Virus record (IMG/VR): IMGVR_UViG_3300027822_000013
Location: 1 to 58,423 of that record
Origin: a virus
Lineage: Duplodnaviria > Caudoviricetes
DNA length: 58,423 nucleotides
Direction: 5' to 3' (one strand)
Positions 47,271 to 57,228 of the stretch are shown piece by piece; position 1 is the first letter of the stretch, and every line of letters starts with the position of its first letter. A program made the translations under genes and the position numbers. Below the pieces are notes generated by a model. That model ran no database searches. It worked only from the letters and a program-made list of their open reading frames with translations, and was not told the origin of the DNA.

Positions 47271-48425
47271 TTAATTATATACCAGGGTTACTGATTCCTG
47301 GGCTCGTGTGATTGCAGTGTAGAGCCATTTCCACCTGTTATTTCTAAAGGCAGATGACTCATCGTAAATGAGCACAGAAGGCCATTGACTACCTTGAGAT
47401 TTATGGGTGGTGATTGCGTACCCATAGTCAAACTCTAAAGCATCAAATTTTTCGTGGTATGGTATTTTTTCCCCCAAGAATATCCCGCTGTGTGACCTTA
47501 CGACCTTACCCGAATCAAGCTCCATTACAACTTGTGAATAAGGGTCTTTTGAAATGATTTCTTCAACAGTGGATAACTCACCGTTGAGGATTTGGGCATC
47601 CTTATCGTTGCGAAGGCAGATGACTTTGTCCCCCTCAACGGGTAAGGTGTCCTCAATCCCCTTTATCTCCCTTACCCGGTGGTTAAAAGCACATCTCGTG
47701 ACATTACGACCAACAAGCATTTGATCGTGTTCCATCACCATTTCAGCATTCATAAAAATCCTGTCAATCACCCTGCTTTCCCCGTATTCCCCCGGTTCAG
47801 GGTGACGGTGTGACCTAACTTCTGTGGCTAACCTGATAATGGGGTTATCTTTTGCTTGACGATGAATTTCAGTCAACATTATTTCTGGGTTATTCATCAT
47901 AAAATACCCCTCCCCTTTTACTGGAGGAAGTTGAGCCGGGTCACCCATAACAAGAATTTTAGTACCAAATTGCATCAAGTCTAGAGCGATTTTCTCATTG
48001 ACCATAGAACACTCATCCAGGATCAATAGATCAGCATCACCCAACTCTGAATCAAGGTTCAGGGTGAATCCTGGTTGAGCAATATTGTCCTCTTCAATCT
48101 CAATGTCCCTCTCAAGTTCAGGGGATGGATCATGAAGAAATTCTGCTCTCAATTCCTGGAGCTTCTTTTTACTCTTCTCAAGGGGATGGTAAATCAGTGA
48201 GTGAATTGTGGATGCCTCTGGGCAACCGTTAAGCTTCATCACACTAGCAGCTTTGCCGGTGTAGGCACTAAATTTTACGTCTTTTATCCCTTCTGCTATC
48301 TTTTTAGCTAAGGTTGTTTTACCCGTTCCTGCATAACCAAATAAATGAAAGACTTGGTCATCAGACTTAAGCCAGCGAGAAATATCACACAAAGCTTTAT
48401 CTTGTTGGGGAGAGTATTTCACCAC
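47271..48425 (-). CDS. RecD/Dda-like SF1B helicase
   Basis: GYAGTGKT, DECSM, GDPAQLPPV, HKSQGS and YTAITRA motifs. Confidence 0.92.
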   Translation of the reverse strand: MVKYSPQQDKALCDISRWLKSDDQVFHLFGYAGTGKTTLAKKIAEGIKDVKFSAYTGKAASVMKLNGCPEASTIHSLIYHPLEKSKKKLQELRAEFLHDPSPELERDIEIEEDNIAQPGFTLNLDSELGDADLLILDECSMVNEKIALDLMQFGTKILVMGDPAQLPPVKGEGYFMMNNPEIMLTEIHRQAKDNPIIRLATEVRSHRHPEPGEYGESRVIDRIFMNAEMVMEHDQMLVGRNVTRCAFNHRVREIKGIEDTLPVEGDKVICLRNDKDAQILNGELSTVEEIISKDPYSQVVMELDSGKVVRSHSGIFLGEKIPYHEKFDALEFDYGYAITTHKSQGSQWPSVLIYDESSAFRNNRWKWLYTAITRAQESVTLVYN

Positions 48426-48703
48426 GGTATCTCATTGCCCAATATATCGAAGCCTGACGCTTGGCAGTTTTGTCTGATGGACTCAAGGGAATGGTGTTTA
48501 GTTTCTAAGTCCAGGGAACATAAACCAGTCCCTGTATGTGTTGCAATTCTCCTGATAGTGGTTTTTAGGGATTTGATTTCTTCTTCTTGTGATTTAAATC
48601 TTTTGGCAGGTTTGTCTTCATCGGTCATGGTAATTACCTTTTTAAAAATAGAAGGCAAGATGGTTGGATTGGCCAACCGTTTCAGAGGGGACATGCGCGT
48701 CAT
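48419..48703 (-). CDS. Hypothetical protein (start probably MTDEDK)
   Basis: Operon context. Confidence 0.45.
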   Translation of the reverse strand: MTRMSPLKRLANPTILPSIFKKVITMTDEDKPAKRFKSQEEEIKSLKTTIRRIATHTGTGLCSLDLETKHHSLESIRQNCQASGFDILGNEIPW

Positions 48704-48750
48704 GCCGCATCTTGCCGTGTCTAGGTTCGGTCAAGGAGGGAACCCCGAAC

Positions 48751-49518
48751 CTAGAAGGGGGTGTCACCATCTTCTGCTTTACCGGCAGATTTGGTATCAG
48801 CATGGGCTGTACCTGAAATCACAGCTTCTTTACACATTTTGGCCGCAACGTAGAGATCATTATCAGGCATAACCATTGACCCCCTTAGATCACCATTTGC
48901 TGGAGAAATCACCATGTTGTAGAATTTACCCTTGGGGTTTTCCTGCTTGATTGAGGTCAGTTTATTGAGGTGGGAAAACAAGGGTGGTCGGACTTTACGA
49001 CCACCAGGACCAGGTACTGTAAACATTTTCAATCTTGTATTCCAGCGTTTGTAGACACCAATCTTAGTACTGGTGAATGGTATGACCACAGTGTTACCAT
49101 CGTCCAATACCCCATATACATAGAAAGTTTCCACCAGGTCATTTTCATCAGGGGTGATGTATTTCCCAAATTCCTGGTTTTCCTGACAATGTACTACTAC
49201 ATCATCACCCGGTCTATGAATGCCGGCAATTCCACCACCTTTTTCTCGTGGTATCCATTCAACAAATACATGTTCGGTATATGCTGCAACGAAGTTCACT
49301 TCATCATAAACTTCTTCAGTTACCGTATTGAGGAATTGTCCCGCTTTGCCGTTACCTTCCTCAACTGTCGGGGATAATTGCTGAAGTACGCTCAAAAACG
49401 GAATGGACATATCATCCTGGGATTGGCCTTCAAAGCCGCCCCCTACGTCATCCCCAAAATCATATTCACTTTCTGTTGCCACCTTAGTGGGTTTCTTCTT
49501 TGCTACGGCTCTTGCCAT
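48751..49518 (-). CDS. Single-stranded DNA-binding protein (putative)
   Basis: GFEG...IPFLSVLQQLSP, EW.PR..GGG, acidic C-terminus ending DTPF. Confidence 0.7.
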   Translation of the reverse strand: MARAVAKKKPTKVATESEYDFGDDVGGGFEGQSQDDMSIPFLSVLQQLSPTVEEGNGKAGQFLNTVTEEVYDEVNFVAAYTEHVFVEWIPREKGGGIAGIHRPGDDVVVHCQENQEFGKYITPDENDLVETFYVYGVLDDGNTVVIPFTSTKIGVYKRWNTRLKMFTVPGPGGRKVRPPLFSHLNKLTSIKQENPKGKFYNMVISPANGDLRGSMVMPDNDLYVAAKMCKEAVISGTAHADTKSAGKAEDGDTPF

Positions 49519-49612
49519 TTTCTTTGCTCCTTAATTTTGAAATAAATTCGGGGTCCAACAACGATGTACCGGACTATTGGACCCCTGGTCAACTAGGGTA
49601 TGCGGACCCTAA

Positions 49613-50104
49613 TCAACCAATCTTGCTGCGTCTTTGTCTAAACACAGAAATCTCTGAAGGGAGTTCAATGCCCTCCCCTAACTGTTCTCGAACAAAAGCC
49701 GATAGTGTTTGGGCATGAATGCTTTTATCATCTTTATACTTCCAAGCATGAGACTGAAGAATTTCAGATAATTCTTCTGCTGCTTCCTCGTTTCCCTTAC
49801 CAAAATCCACCACCACCTTGTGTTTGATGATACCATCTTTACCTTCAGACTTCAACCAGGCAAATACTCTTGCTCTATTGTCTGGACTAATATTAGCCCT
49901 GATGGTTTCCTTAACATCAATTTTAAGGCCATCAGAAGTGGTGAAATCCTCCAACCCTAGTTGTTCCATTAATTCAGGTAAAGCTTCATCAGCGATAAGG
50001 CTCAACCGTTTCTTGGCTGCTTTTAAACCTTCCTCCATTTGGGCCACAGTCACTTCTGCCGCCTGTTGTTCATGGGCCAACTGGGACAATCGTTCCATAC
50101 TCAT
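49613..50104 (-). CDS. Conserved replication-module protein
   Basis: LPELM..LG, F.WL...G...IIK and IHAQTLSAFVRE motifs, common next to phage SSB genes. Confidence 0.7.
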   Translation of the reverse strand: MSMERLSQLAHEQQAAEVTVAQMEEGLKAAKKRLSLIADEALPELMEQLGLEDFTTSDGLKIDVKETIRANISPDNRARVFAWLKSEGKDGIIKHKVVVDFGKGNEEAAEELSEILQSHAWKYKDDKSIHAQTLSAFVREQLGEGIELPSEISVFRQRRSKIG

Positions 50105-50430
50105 ATTACTACTCCTATTTCCAGATATTTATTGTATTTTCCACTCCATTGCAGGAATTTTAAAAATCCCCCACTTTTACGTGACGCAATCGCCGTAGCC
50201 AAACCAATCAAACAAGGGTTTCCGGTTAACAACAGAAAATCACTTGAGGAAAAATCCTTCAATTTAAGTTTCAATTCACGCACCACCTTTTTATCGTATG
50301 GGGTGGCCTTTGGCCCAAGGAGATAAACCACCTCCCCGTACTCGTGCGCCTGATTCATGTTGAATTGAGGCACCCACTCTTCAGTGTCGTTATCCCATTT
50401 CATTTGACGCTGTATTACATATACTGTCAT
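50101..50430 (-). CDS. Conserved hypothetical protein
   Basis: A.EYGE, DFLLLTGNP..IG and LQW motifs. Confidence 0.65.
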   Translation of the reverse strand: MTVYVIQRQMKWDNDTEEWVPQFNMNQAHEYGEVVYLLGPKATPYDKKVVRELKLKLKDFSSSDFLLLTGNPCLIGLATAIASRKSGGFLKFLQWSGKYNKYLEIGVVI

Positions 50431-51872
50431 TGAGTAAAGTCCCCGTCCACGATAGCATCAGCCACCGATTTATTTTGTCTTAGTGAATCCAGAATTTTCT
50501 GGTCATAACTATCCCGCGCTACAATGTCAATATACTTCACCGTGTGTTTCAACCCGGCCCGGTGTGCCCGATCTTCTGATTGTTCTCTTTGCCAGTTGCT
50601 GAAGCTGTTGCTGTAGTAAACCACAGTTTCTGCGGCATGAAGAGTCAATCCAGAAGCAGCAGCTGCCGGATTAGCTACAAAGAACCGGGCATCACCTTCT
50701 TGAAAACGGGTTTTATTCTCATGGCGATCAGCTGTAGGGACGTCACCATCGTATCTCACAGCCTCATTCTTAAGGTGGTCCATTATAAGATTGATGTCAG
50801 GCTTAAACCGACACCATATAATCATTTTACCAGGGTGGGTTTCAATTATTTCATCCAGGGCTTTAAGCCGGGGGTTCCTCTTTTCGAGTTGATGGACCTC
50901 ACCCCCGTCAATTTGCATAAACCCACAAGATACCTGTTGGCATCTTGTTAACCTCACAATTGCTAATTCAGCAAATACAGCTTCCTGTTTGTCATCGGCA
51001 GATTGGATGACGGTCATAAACTCTTTCTTCAGTTCTTTAAAAGCTTGGGAAGTGGCTGAAGGCATATCAAAGTAGCATTTAGAATATTGTTTGGGAGGGA
51101 GGTCCAACACATCATCCTTGCGTACTCTAGAGGTCATATCAGATACCATCACAGATAATTCCTCAAGGTTGCAGTATTTAACCAGTTTATCAAACGACTG
51201 ATTTGGTCCAACCTGGATTGGTTGCCACTCCCCAAAATAATTCTTGAAAGCATAAAAGGAATTAAGCCCGTGAGCTTTCCAAAAATCGTTGACCAAGAAT
51301 TTCATCTGTGCATATAGATCGAAGGGGGAATTGGTCACAGGAGTGCCAGTCAATACCCTTCGATAATCAGCCCGTTTACCAAAGGCTAAAAGGGACCGGG
51401 TCAGTTTGATTCCAGGTGATTTAATCTTGGTGGATTCATCCAAGATAAAAAACACTCTGTGGGTCTCAAAGAATTTAGTGATATAGGATTTACCAGCCTT
51501 GGTCATATAAGCCGAATAAGTCATAGAAAGAAATTTGAGGCCCCCTTCATACTCCATCAAGCTTTTAAACTTCTTTTTATGGGCAATGGTGGTGGCTTTA
51601 CTTGTCATCCACTCATGAGCGAGGTATGGTTGGTCGGGAGAAATATGCTCTGGGATTTCGTCCAACACCCAATTAGTATGAACTCCCTCTGGTGCTAGAA
51701 TAACCACAGCATCAATCCGGCCCTCTATAAAGAGCTTAACAGTGTTGTCGATTTCAAGCTTGGTTTTACCCGTGCCTTGCTCCCAAAACACCCCCCAATT
51801 GATTTGGTGGTAGTTCCGTTCAAGTTCCTCACGTTGGTGGGTAAAAGGCGAATGCCTTGTAGGGAAGTCCAT
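50427..51872 (-). CDS. SNF2-family (SF2) helicase
   Basis: EQGTGKT, DEST, LTGTP, GLTL and QSEDRAHRAG motifs. Confidence 0.92.
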   Translation of the reverse strand: MDFPTRHSPFTHQREELERNYHQINWGVFWEQGTGKTKLEIDNTVKLFIEGRIDAVVILAPEGVHTNWVLDEIPEHISPDQPYLAHEWMTSKATTIAHKKKFKSLMEYEGGLKFLSMTYSAYMTKAGKSYITKFFETHRVFFILDESTKIKSPGIKLTRSLLAFGKRADYRRVLTGTPVTNSPFDLYAQMKFLVNDFWKAHGLNSFYAFKNYFGEWQPIQVGPNQSFDKLVKYCNLEELSVMVSDMTSRVRKDDVLDLPPKQYSKCYFDMPSATSQAFKELKKEFMTVIQSADDKQEAVFAELAIVRLTRCQQVSCGFMQIDGGEVHQLEKRNPRLKALDEIIETHPGKMIIWCRFKPDINLIMDHLKNEAVRYDGDVPTADRHENKTRFQEGDARFFVANPAAAASGLTLHAAETVVYYSNSFSNWQREQSEDRAHRAGLKHTVKYIDIVARDSYDQKILDSLRQNKSVADAIVDGDFTQ

Positions 51873-51902
51873 CTCAATTCATATCCTTGTTTCTTGACTC
51901 CT

Positions 51903-51931
51903 CTTATAACCCGGACCCCTTAAATACGAAA
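51903..51931 (-). promoter_or_regulatory. Putative sigma70-type promoter TTTCGT-N17-TATAAG heading the replication operon
   Basis: Spacing, plus the shared AGAAACAAGGATA leader. Confidence 0.45.
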
Positions 51932-51993
51932 CAAACAAATTTGCCCAAACGAAAAGGAGGATCAAACCAGGGAAAATTGGGTGTTCAACTTAG

Positions 51994-52260
51994 GTTACTT
52001 AAGCAACTGAGTCTGAACTTAAGGAGCTTACTTAAAGATTTTCGTTTTATATCAATAACTTCTTAAGCAACTTAAGCAATTTAAGTTTATAAATAAAAAT
52101 AGAGTTATAGCCCTATTCTACTCTCTATTCTCCCGGATTAAAAAACTACCCAAGTTGCTTAAGTTTTTAAGTAACTGCCTCATAACTCGTTGAACCGTAA
52201 CCAATAATCTGCCCTTAAGCAAGTGAGTTTGGGTGGGTTTTGCTTAAGTAACTTAAGTAA
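51994..52260. repeat. Iteron-like locus 2 (putative replication origin)
   Basis: Many full or partial TTGCTTAAGTAA copies in both orientations, an AT-rich core and the same 18-bp block as locus 1. Confidence 0.6.
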
Positions 52261-52261
52261 A

Positions 52262-52537
52262 TCATTTCTCTGGTTTGGGTGATGCGGACCTTTCAACCCA
52301 CTTCTGCAGGTCCGCGAACCTATCAAGTTCAGGAGCAACCAAGGTCCGGTCGCGTGCTCTGTTTGCTTCACATTGTCGCAAATCCCCCTCAAAATCCTTT
52401 TTATAGGACTTAGGGAACCGCTTAACAGAGGTCATCAGTCGATTATCCGGCAAACCAGGGGGGAGAGAATAGGCTGTCCACTTCCCACAACCGTTCAAAC
52501 CCAACCCCAATACCCCTATCAGTAACCATTTCATCAT
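52262..52537 (-). CDS. Outer-membrane spanin-like lipoprotein
   Basis: Signal peptide with lipobox LNGC, Pro-rich segment; last gene of the lysis block. Confidence 0.7.
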   Translation of the reverse strand: MMKWLLIGVLGLGLNGCGKWTAYSLPPGLPDNRLMTSVKRFPKSYKKDFEGDLRQCEANRARDRTLVAPELDRFADLQKWVERSASPKPEK

Positions 52538-52866
52538 CGTATTTCTCCAATCATTTTGTTCACCTCATCTGGGGTGACGCAAGCATCACCACGTGGTGCT
52601 ATTATAAGACGAATGGTTCCCAAAAGATGGTTCCCACGTTTTAAGTCAACCTCTGACTGTACTTGGGCTAGTTTACCCATGAATTCATTTACCAATACCT
52701 TATTCTGATCGTTTTCTCTGACCAATTCAAGTGCTGCCTGGCTAACTTCTGCCCCACACACAGACTTCCCTGTTTTATAGGCCAAAAATACTACCCCAGA
52801 TAAGCCCAAAAATACTAGGGTGATGGCAGCGAGATATATTAGGGGAGAGTTGAGAAAATCTTTCAT
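52534..52866 (-). CDS. Inner-membrane spanin-like protein
   Basis: N-terminal TM plus helical domain; between endolysin and lipoprotein. Confidence 0.65.
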   Translation of the reverse strand: MKDFLNSPLIYLAAITLVFLGLSGVVFLAYKTGKSVCGAEVSQAALELVRENDQNKVLVNEFMGKLAQVQSEVDLKRGNHLLGTIRLIIAPRGDACVTPDEVNKMIGEIR

Positions 52867-53528
52867 CGCATATAAACCTTCACGTTGGAGGGGTCGTGTC
52901 GGGACATAGCCCGCTTCATCTTACGAGTGGCCCACCTCTTTATACCCCCTATTTGTTTGTACTTTTTTAAAAACACGTTATTCTTGAATACCTGCTCCCT
53001 AAGCACATTCGTTGAAATAGCATGGTTAGGGGCTGCTAAAACCTTTTTCGCATCACCCAGCCCAAGGAAATGAGCAAGATACACACTTCCTGGTGGTGGG
53101 TTAGGGTGAACCATCTTTAAACCCCGGATATTATCACGAGTAAACCTGGCCCCCGCATCTGCTTGGGCAGCAGCATCTGATTGATGGGTCAACCCGTACA
53201 TGGTCCCTGTAGAGTTGATGAATTGGAACAACCCCCTGGCTGTCCCAATAAATTTCCCAGTCTTTCTGTTTCTAGGTCTGATTTTAGGGTCAAAAGTCCC
53301 AATAGTCTCGATATCACTAATACCCAAAAGTAGGGATTGGTTGACTCCATGACGTGTGGCTGCTAACATAATGTGGTGATAGGGGGAGCCGTACTTGACC
53401 GGACGTTTAATCAAGTGTAGGGGTTCGGCAGTAAAATACAGTAACACCATACCTACCAGCCCTGCAATAAATACAGAGCTGGAGGCATTTTTGGTTATGG
53501 TCAAACTATCCAAAATACACCTTACCAT
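52863..53528 (-). CDS. Endolysin, lytic transglycosylase-like, with N-terminal membrane anchor
   Basis: Catalytic IE, ARGLFQF..ST and YLAHFLG motifs; hydrophobic N-terminus. Confidence 0.85.
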   Translation of the reverse strand: MVRCILDSLTITKNASSSVFIAGLVGMVLLYFTAEPLHLIKRPVKYGSPYHHIMLAATRHGVNQSLLLGISDIETIGTFDPKIRPRNRKTGKFIGTARGLFQFINSTGTMYGLTHQSDAAAQADAGARFTRDNIRGLKMVHPNPPPGSVYLAHFLGLGDAKKVLAAPNHAISTNVLREQVFKNNVFLKKYKQIGGIKRWATRKMKRAMSRHDPSNVKVYMR

Positions 53529-54855
53529 CAGCGATTGACATGTCTTCTCTAGTCATTATTGCAGTGGTTACTTCTGAAATGAAATCAATCTTTGGGTATT
53601 CCACATTCCTGGAATGGTCGTTACACCAGTTAATGTAAAGGGTGTACATTTCAGACATCTTCTTTCGTTGATTGAGATAAGATGAATGTGTTTCAGCCAG
53701 AAACAAAGATAGCCCTTCATTCACTTTCACCTCTGGATCATCCAACACAAAATTGGTAACGTGTTGGTCGTTAGTCAATAAGGTGTCCCCGGCCTTAATA
53801 CCTTTGCGGCGTCTTTCAATCCTTTTCTTTACTCTAGCCACCCCCGCAGCACGGCGTTCGCCCAATTCATCCCCTATCATAAGATGAATAATGGTGGTAA
53901 GGAGAACCAAGATGGTTCCGATGATGGTCATCATATATTTTCTGAAAAAGTCCTTTGACAAACTTCCCCCGGATAACCCAGAAAGAGCTGAAGCCAGGGG
54001 GTCTTCATCCCGGCGCACCTTGATCTTACCGCTGGTGAGAGATTTGACACTCTTTCTACTACCAACCCTCAACTCATCTATCCTTTGGGCAATACCAACC
54101 CTAGATTGGTACTTTCTGACTTTCTCTTTCCAAAGCATACAACGAGGCCCACACCCACCCTTATTAGTCTCGTAAGACACTTGCCCCTGGGCATACTTCA
54201 ATTCAGCCATTTCACTTGCGACTGGTTGAATGTCTTGTTCCTGTTTTTTGACTTTAAGTTTTTTCAATTCCTCTCTACTCTCTGAAATATTATCTACTTC
54301 AGAGTTATAGTTGACCACCTGAGTGGTCTTAGAGGCACTAGAAGTGGTGGCAACTTCCCCCGTGGACCCTATTACTGATATGAAAGAAAGCATGGTGGCT
54401 AACCAAATAGCCAATCTTACCCGGATAGGTCTGGACTTACTGTACCAGTTCCCCTCCCCCGTATCGGTTTTATAGGTCATAAAGGGTAGGGAAAAGTCAG
54501 CAGCAGCAAAAAACGGTCCGATAACAATCAGCCCAAGAGCTAAACCGCCGATGGCAATACCAAACACGAAATCTAGACCAATCATGATACAACTTAAGAC
54601 CACACCAACCTTGAATAGGGGGATGTATTGAAGGTAAGGCCACCACTTTCCTGCGTCCAAAATAGCTTTTTCAAATACATCTTCAGCATCATCTTGAAGG
54701 AGGCTAGTGTAGGGATCATCTGGCACTGTCGTGACGGATTTTTTTCTTTTGAGAAAGGCACTGACCATAGTTAATACGAGAAATATGATCAAGCCAATTA
54801 GAGCGACCGCTGCCATGATGTACATGTTGCGGTCCATAGTGAAACCAAAATTCAT
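53506..54855 (-). CDS. Multi-pass membrane protein, DUF4407-like, with C-terminal winged-helix-like tail
   Basis: Four to five hydrophobic helices, coiled coil with GGCGPRC, C-terminal FL.E...MYTLYINWC...F. Confidence 0.6.
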   Translation of the reverse strand: MNFGFTMDRNMYIMAAVALIGLIIFLVLTMVSAFLKRKKSVTTVPDDPYTSLLQDDAEDVFEKAILDAGKWWPYLQYIPLFKVGVVLSCIMIGLDFVFGIAIGGLALGLIVIGPFFAAADFSLPFMTYKTDTGEGNWYSKSRPIRVRLAIWLATMLSFISVIGSTGEVATTSSASKTTQVVNYNSEVDNISESREELKKLKVKKQEQDIQPVASEMAELKYAQGQVSYETNKGGCGPRCMLWKEKVRKYQSRVGIAQRIDELRVGSRKSVKSLTSGKIKVRRDEDPLASALSGLSGGSLSKDFFRKYMMTIIGTILVLLTTIIHLMIGDELGERRAAGVARVKKRIERRRKGIKAGDTLLTNDQHVTNFVLDDPEVKVNEGLSLFLAETHSSYLNQRKKMSEMYTLYINWCNDHSRNVEYPKIDFISEVTTAIMTREDMSIADGKVYFG

Positions 54856-54880
54856 CGAATGCCCCCATTAAATCAAAATG

Positions 54881-55129
54881 TTATTCTTTCCAACGACAAG
54901 CTGGCCAATTCTCATTAAACCCGCAGTTAGATTCAGACCCCCAAAGGTTGCCATACCAAGGTTTTTTGTCAGCCACCGGGGAATGATCTGTGGGAGTAAT
55001 GTCTCCTTGAGCTGGTTGCCAAGTGACAGCAATAAAAACCACCATGGGGATAAGAACCAGTAACAACATCCCCCAATTACTTTTGATGACCGCATAAACA
55101 GACCTATGTAGTTTTGATTCCTTAACCAT
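54881..55129 (-). CDS. Small single-TM protein
   Basis: Hydrophobic helix and a C-terminal Cys pair. Confidence 0.55.
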   Translation of the reverse strand: MVKESKLHRSVYAVIKSNWGMLLLVLIPMVVFIAVTWQPAQGDITPTDHSPVADKKPWYGNLWGSESNCGFNENWPACRWKE

Positions 55130-55421
55130 TAGATTTTATCTCCAGGTTGCGAGTGATTTTCTTGACGTTAGATACCAAATCTTGACCCATATCATTGACA
55201 GCCACTTTAGTACGTCTGAGCAATTCCTCATCAGCCACCAAATCATCGTTAGCTGCGCATTGAGCTCTAGCTGTATTACTAATGGAATAAACCAAGGTTG
55301 CCACCGCCCAACCAAAACCGTAGGCAGCGAAGGCAACGACCCCCATCAAGGTACTGTGGAGATTGCCCAAAGCATAGACAATAGGGGAGGACAAAAACAA
55401 AACCAATAAGATCACTTTCAT
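55122..55421 (-). CDS. Two-TM protein, holin candidate
   Basis: Two hydrophobic helices and a charged C-terminus; heads the lysis block. Confidence 0.5.
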   Translation of the reverse strand: MKVILLVLFLSSPIVYALGNLHSTLMGVVAFAAYGFGWAVATLVYSISNTARAQCAANDDLVADEELLRRTKVAVNDMGQDLVSNVKKITRNLEIKSNG

Positions 55422-55432
55422 AGCAATTTTCC

Positions 55433-55897
55433 TTAACTAACACGTTGAACAAACAGACTTGTGAAACCCCATCCCGTTGATCCTCGAAGTCTCCACACCC
55501 CAGCCAGTGCTACCATATCTGAATTGGTTGATTGAGTGGTCGCATACCCCACTAACCTCCACACCGTGCTGATTTTTTTAACATACACATAAATTCTATC
55601 GTTTGGTTGGTGTGCTGGTGAATCGTTACCTTCGGAACACAATAACGTAGTGCCAATGGGATAGCTACTGTTGTTTTGAGTAGTACCCGTGTATAAATCT
55701 ATGTTTCCGGGAGGTCCTGGACTACCAGTTAATCCGTTAGAACCATTGGAACCATCCAACCCTGGAGTACCTGGATTGCCTTGCGGACCTTGAGGGCCTG
55801 TACCACGACCATCATCAATATATTGACGGGTGGTGACCTCCCCCGTATAGACGGGAGAGAGACCACTTGCCAATAAAAGTCTCCCAAGGATTTTCAT
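55433..55897 (-). CDS. Collagen-like fibre protein
   Basis: About 11 Gly-X-Y triplets; C-terminal YPIGT...GVWRLRG...FVQRVS domain typical of fibre tips. Confidence 0.75.
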   Translation of the reverse strand: MKILGRLLLASGLSPVYTGEVTTRQYIDDGRGTGPQGPQGNPGTPGLDGSNGSNGLTGSPGPPGNIDLYTGTTQNNSSYPIGTTLLCSEGNDSPAHQPNDRIYVYVKKISTVWRLVGYATTQSTNSDMVALAGVWRLRGSTGWGFTSLFVQRVS

Positions 55898-55902
55898 GGT
55901 GA

Positions 55903-56904
55903 TTAACCTACTACAACACAGCGAAACGCATTTTGGAGTTGACTGGCCCCGAATGAAAGGGTGACCGTATTAAGGTCAGTAATGTCGACATCACACAGTA
56001 TCATTTCATCTGTGGTGTTATCATAGACCTGAACCACTACATCAGTAGTACCCAAAGCATGAGCCACCACAGCTGTTGTCCCCGCAGCAGAAGGACAATC
56101 AGCAGCAAACTTTTGAATCAAAGTCGGTTTGTTTGCAATGAAGTCATCAGCAGAGGTACTAGACTGATTCCAATCAGATTTGACGTTGACTTCAGCACCC
56201 GTTGCTATAGCAGCCAATTTAGATTTTTCGGCATTGGTGTAGCCATTGGTGTCAGCATTAGACTCATATTTAGTCTTGATGCTGGCTGCTGTTTCCCCAG
56301 AAACCGTTACCCGGCGCCAAAAGCCAGCACCACCAGTTTGGTCTGTAGGAGCCACGTCACCAGAAACAGCAGACACATCATAGAAATAATCAGAGGTATC
56401 ATCCTCAACATAACGTCTTTCCTTATCTGTGGCTGAAGCTTCAGGAATAGCAGCCAAGGCAACTGTATCTTGAACCGGGTCCCCATAATGAGCAGCATCA
56501 ATAGCAGCCAACTTGGATTTTTCAGCATCAGAGAAAGCATTAGTGTCTAATTCACCTTCATAGGCAGTTTTGATTTCTGAACCAGATTGGTCTCCTGTGG
56601 CCCCGGTTTCAATAGCCGCCAGCTTTACAAATGCTGCCAAAGGCATTAAACCCGCAGCAGTTCCAGAAGCCTCATCATGACTATGGGTAGCTGGAGGAAA
56701 TGAAGCAGGTTTATTCTCTACGTCATCCCAATTGGTAATACCAATCTTTTTCCAAGCAGAACCCGTATCTTCATACGTGACTCCACTAACACTAACTAAT
56801 CGTCCAGCACTTCCAAATGCTGGTAATGACCCTAGATTTTCAACCCTAAAGTTGACAATCTGATTCCCCGACATATCAATGGGGGTAAGAAACTTTTTTG
56901 CCAT
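55903..56904 (-). CDS. Tail / head fibre protein with internal repeats
   Basis: NKPASFPPATHSH; two copies of IKT.YE...DTN.....EKSKLAAI; H.LGT.DVVVQVY C-terminus. Confidence 0.75.
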   Translation of the reverse strand: MAKKFLTPIDMSGNQIVNFRVENLGSLPAFGSAGRLVSVSGVTYEDTGSAWKKIGITNWDDVENKPASFPPATHSHDEASGTAAGLMPLAAFVKLAAIETGATGDQSGSEIKTAYEGELDTNAFSDAEKSKLAAIDAAHYGDPVQDTVALAAIPEASATDKERRYVEDDTSDYFYDVSAVSGDVAPTDQTGGAGFWRRVTVSGETAASIKTKYESNADTNGYTNAEKSKLAAIATGAEVNVKSDWNQSSTSADDFIANKPTLIQKFAADCPSAAGTTAVVAHALGTTDVVVQVYDNTTDEMILCDVDITDLNTVTLSFGASQLQNAFRCVVVG

Positions 56905-56910
56905 GATATT

Positions 56911-57228
56911 TTACGATAGCCTCGCTGTTCCGGCAAATGAAGCTGAAAAATTCAGCTGTACCTGATTTACACTTATATGGGTAACATCACCCACACACTC
57001 TTGCCCAGAAGTGTCCAACACGAACACTGAAGGGAAAAATCCTAAATTGTGGTATATGTCCCACTGTGGTGAGGGTTGGGTTTGGTCGTGATTATACACA
57101 GGGGCTGATTCCCCTTGCACTCCCTGAACGCCCCTGATCCCTTGAACACCGTCTGTGCCTTGAGGACCCCTACCCCCGGTTGAGCCGGGGATTTCAATAA
57201 CTACAGAAGCAACTTTAACGTCTGTCAT
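56911..57228 (-). CDS. Short collagen-like fibre-associated protein
   Basis: Gly-X-Y run; W.I.HNLG..PSV.V.D domain. Confidence 0.7.
   Translation of the reverse strand: MTDVKVASVVIEIPGSTGGRGPQGTDGVQGIRGVQGVQGESAPVYNHDQTQPSPQWDIYHNLGFFPSVFVLDTSGQECVGDVTHISVNQVQLNFSASFAGTARLS

Noticed and set aside
49548-49612. tRNA or other ncRNA in the hairpins upstream of the SSB gene
   Set aside because: Two simple stems without a cloverleaf or T-loop consensus; probably a leader or stability structure, with too little evidence to call.
51994-52260. TTAA repeats as CtrA boxes
   Set aside because: Adjacent TTAA units are mostly 5 nt apart within a CTTAAG-centred palindrome, not 7; treated as a separate iteron-like motif.
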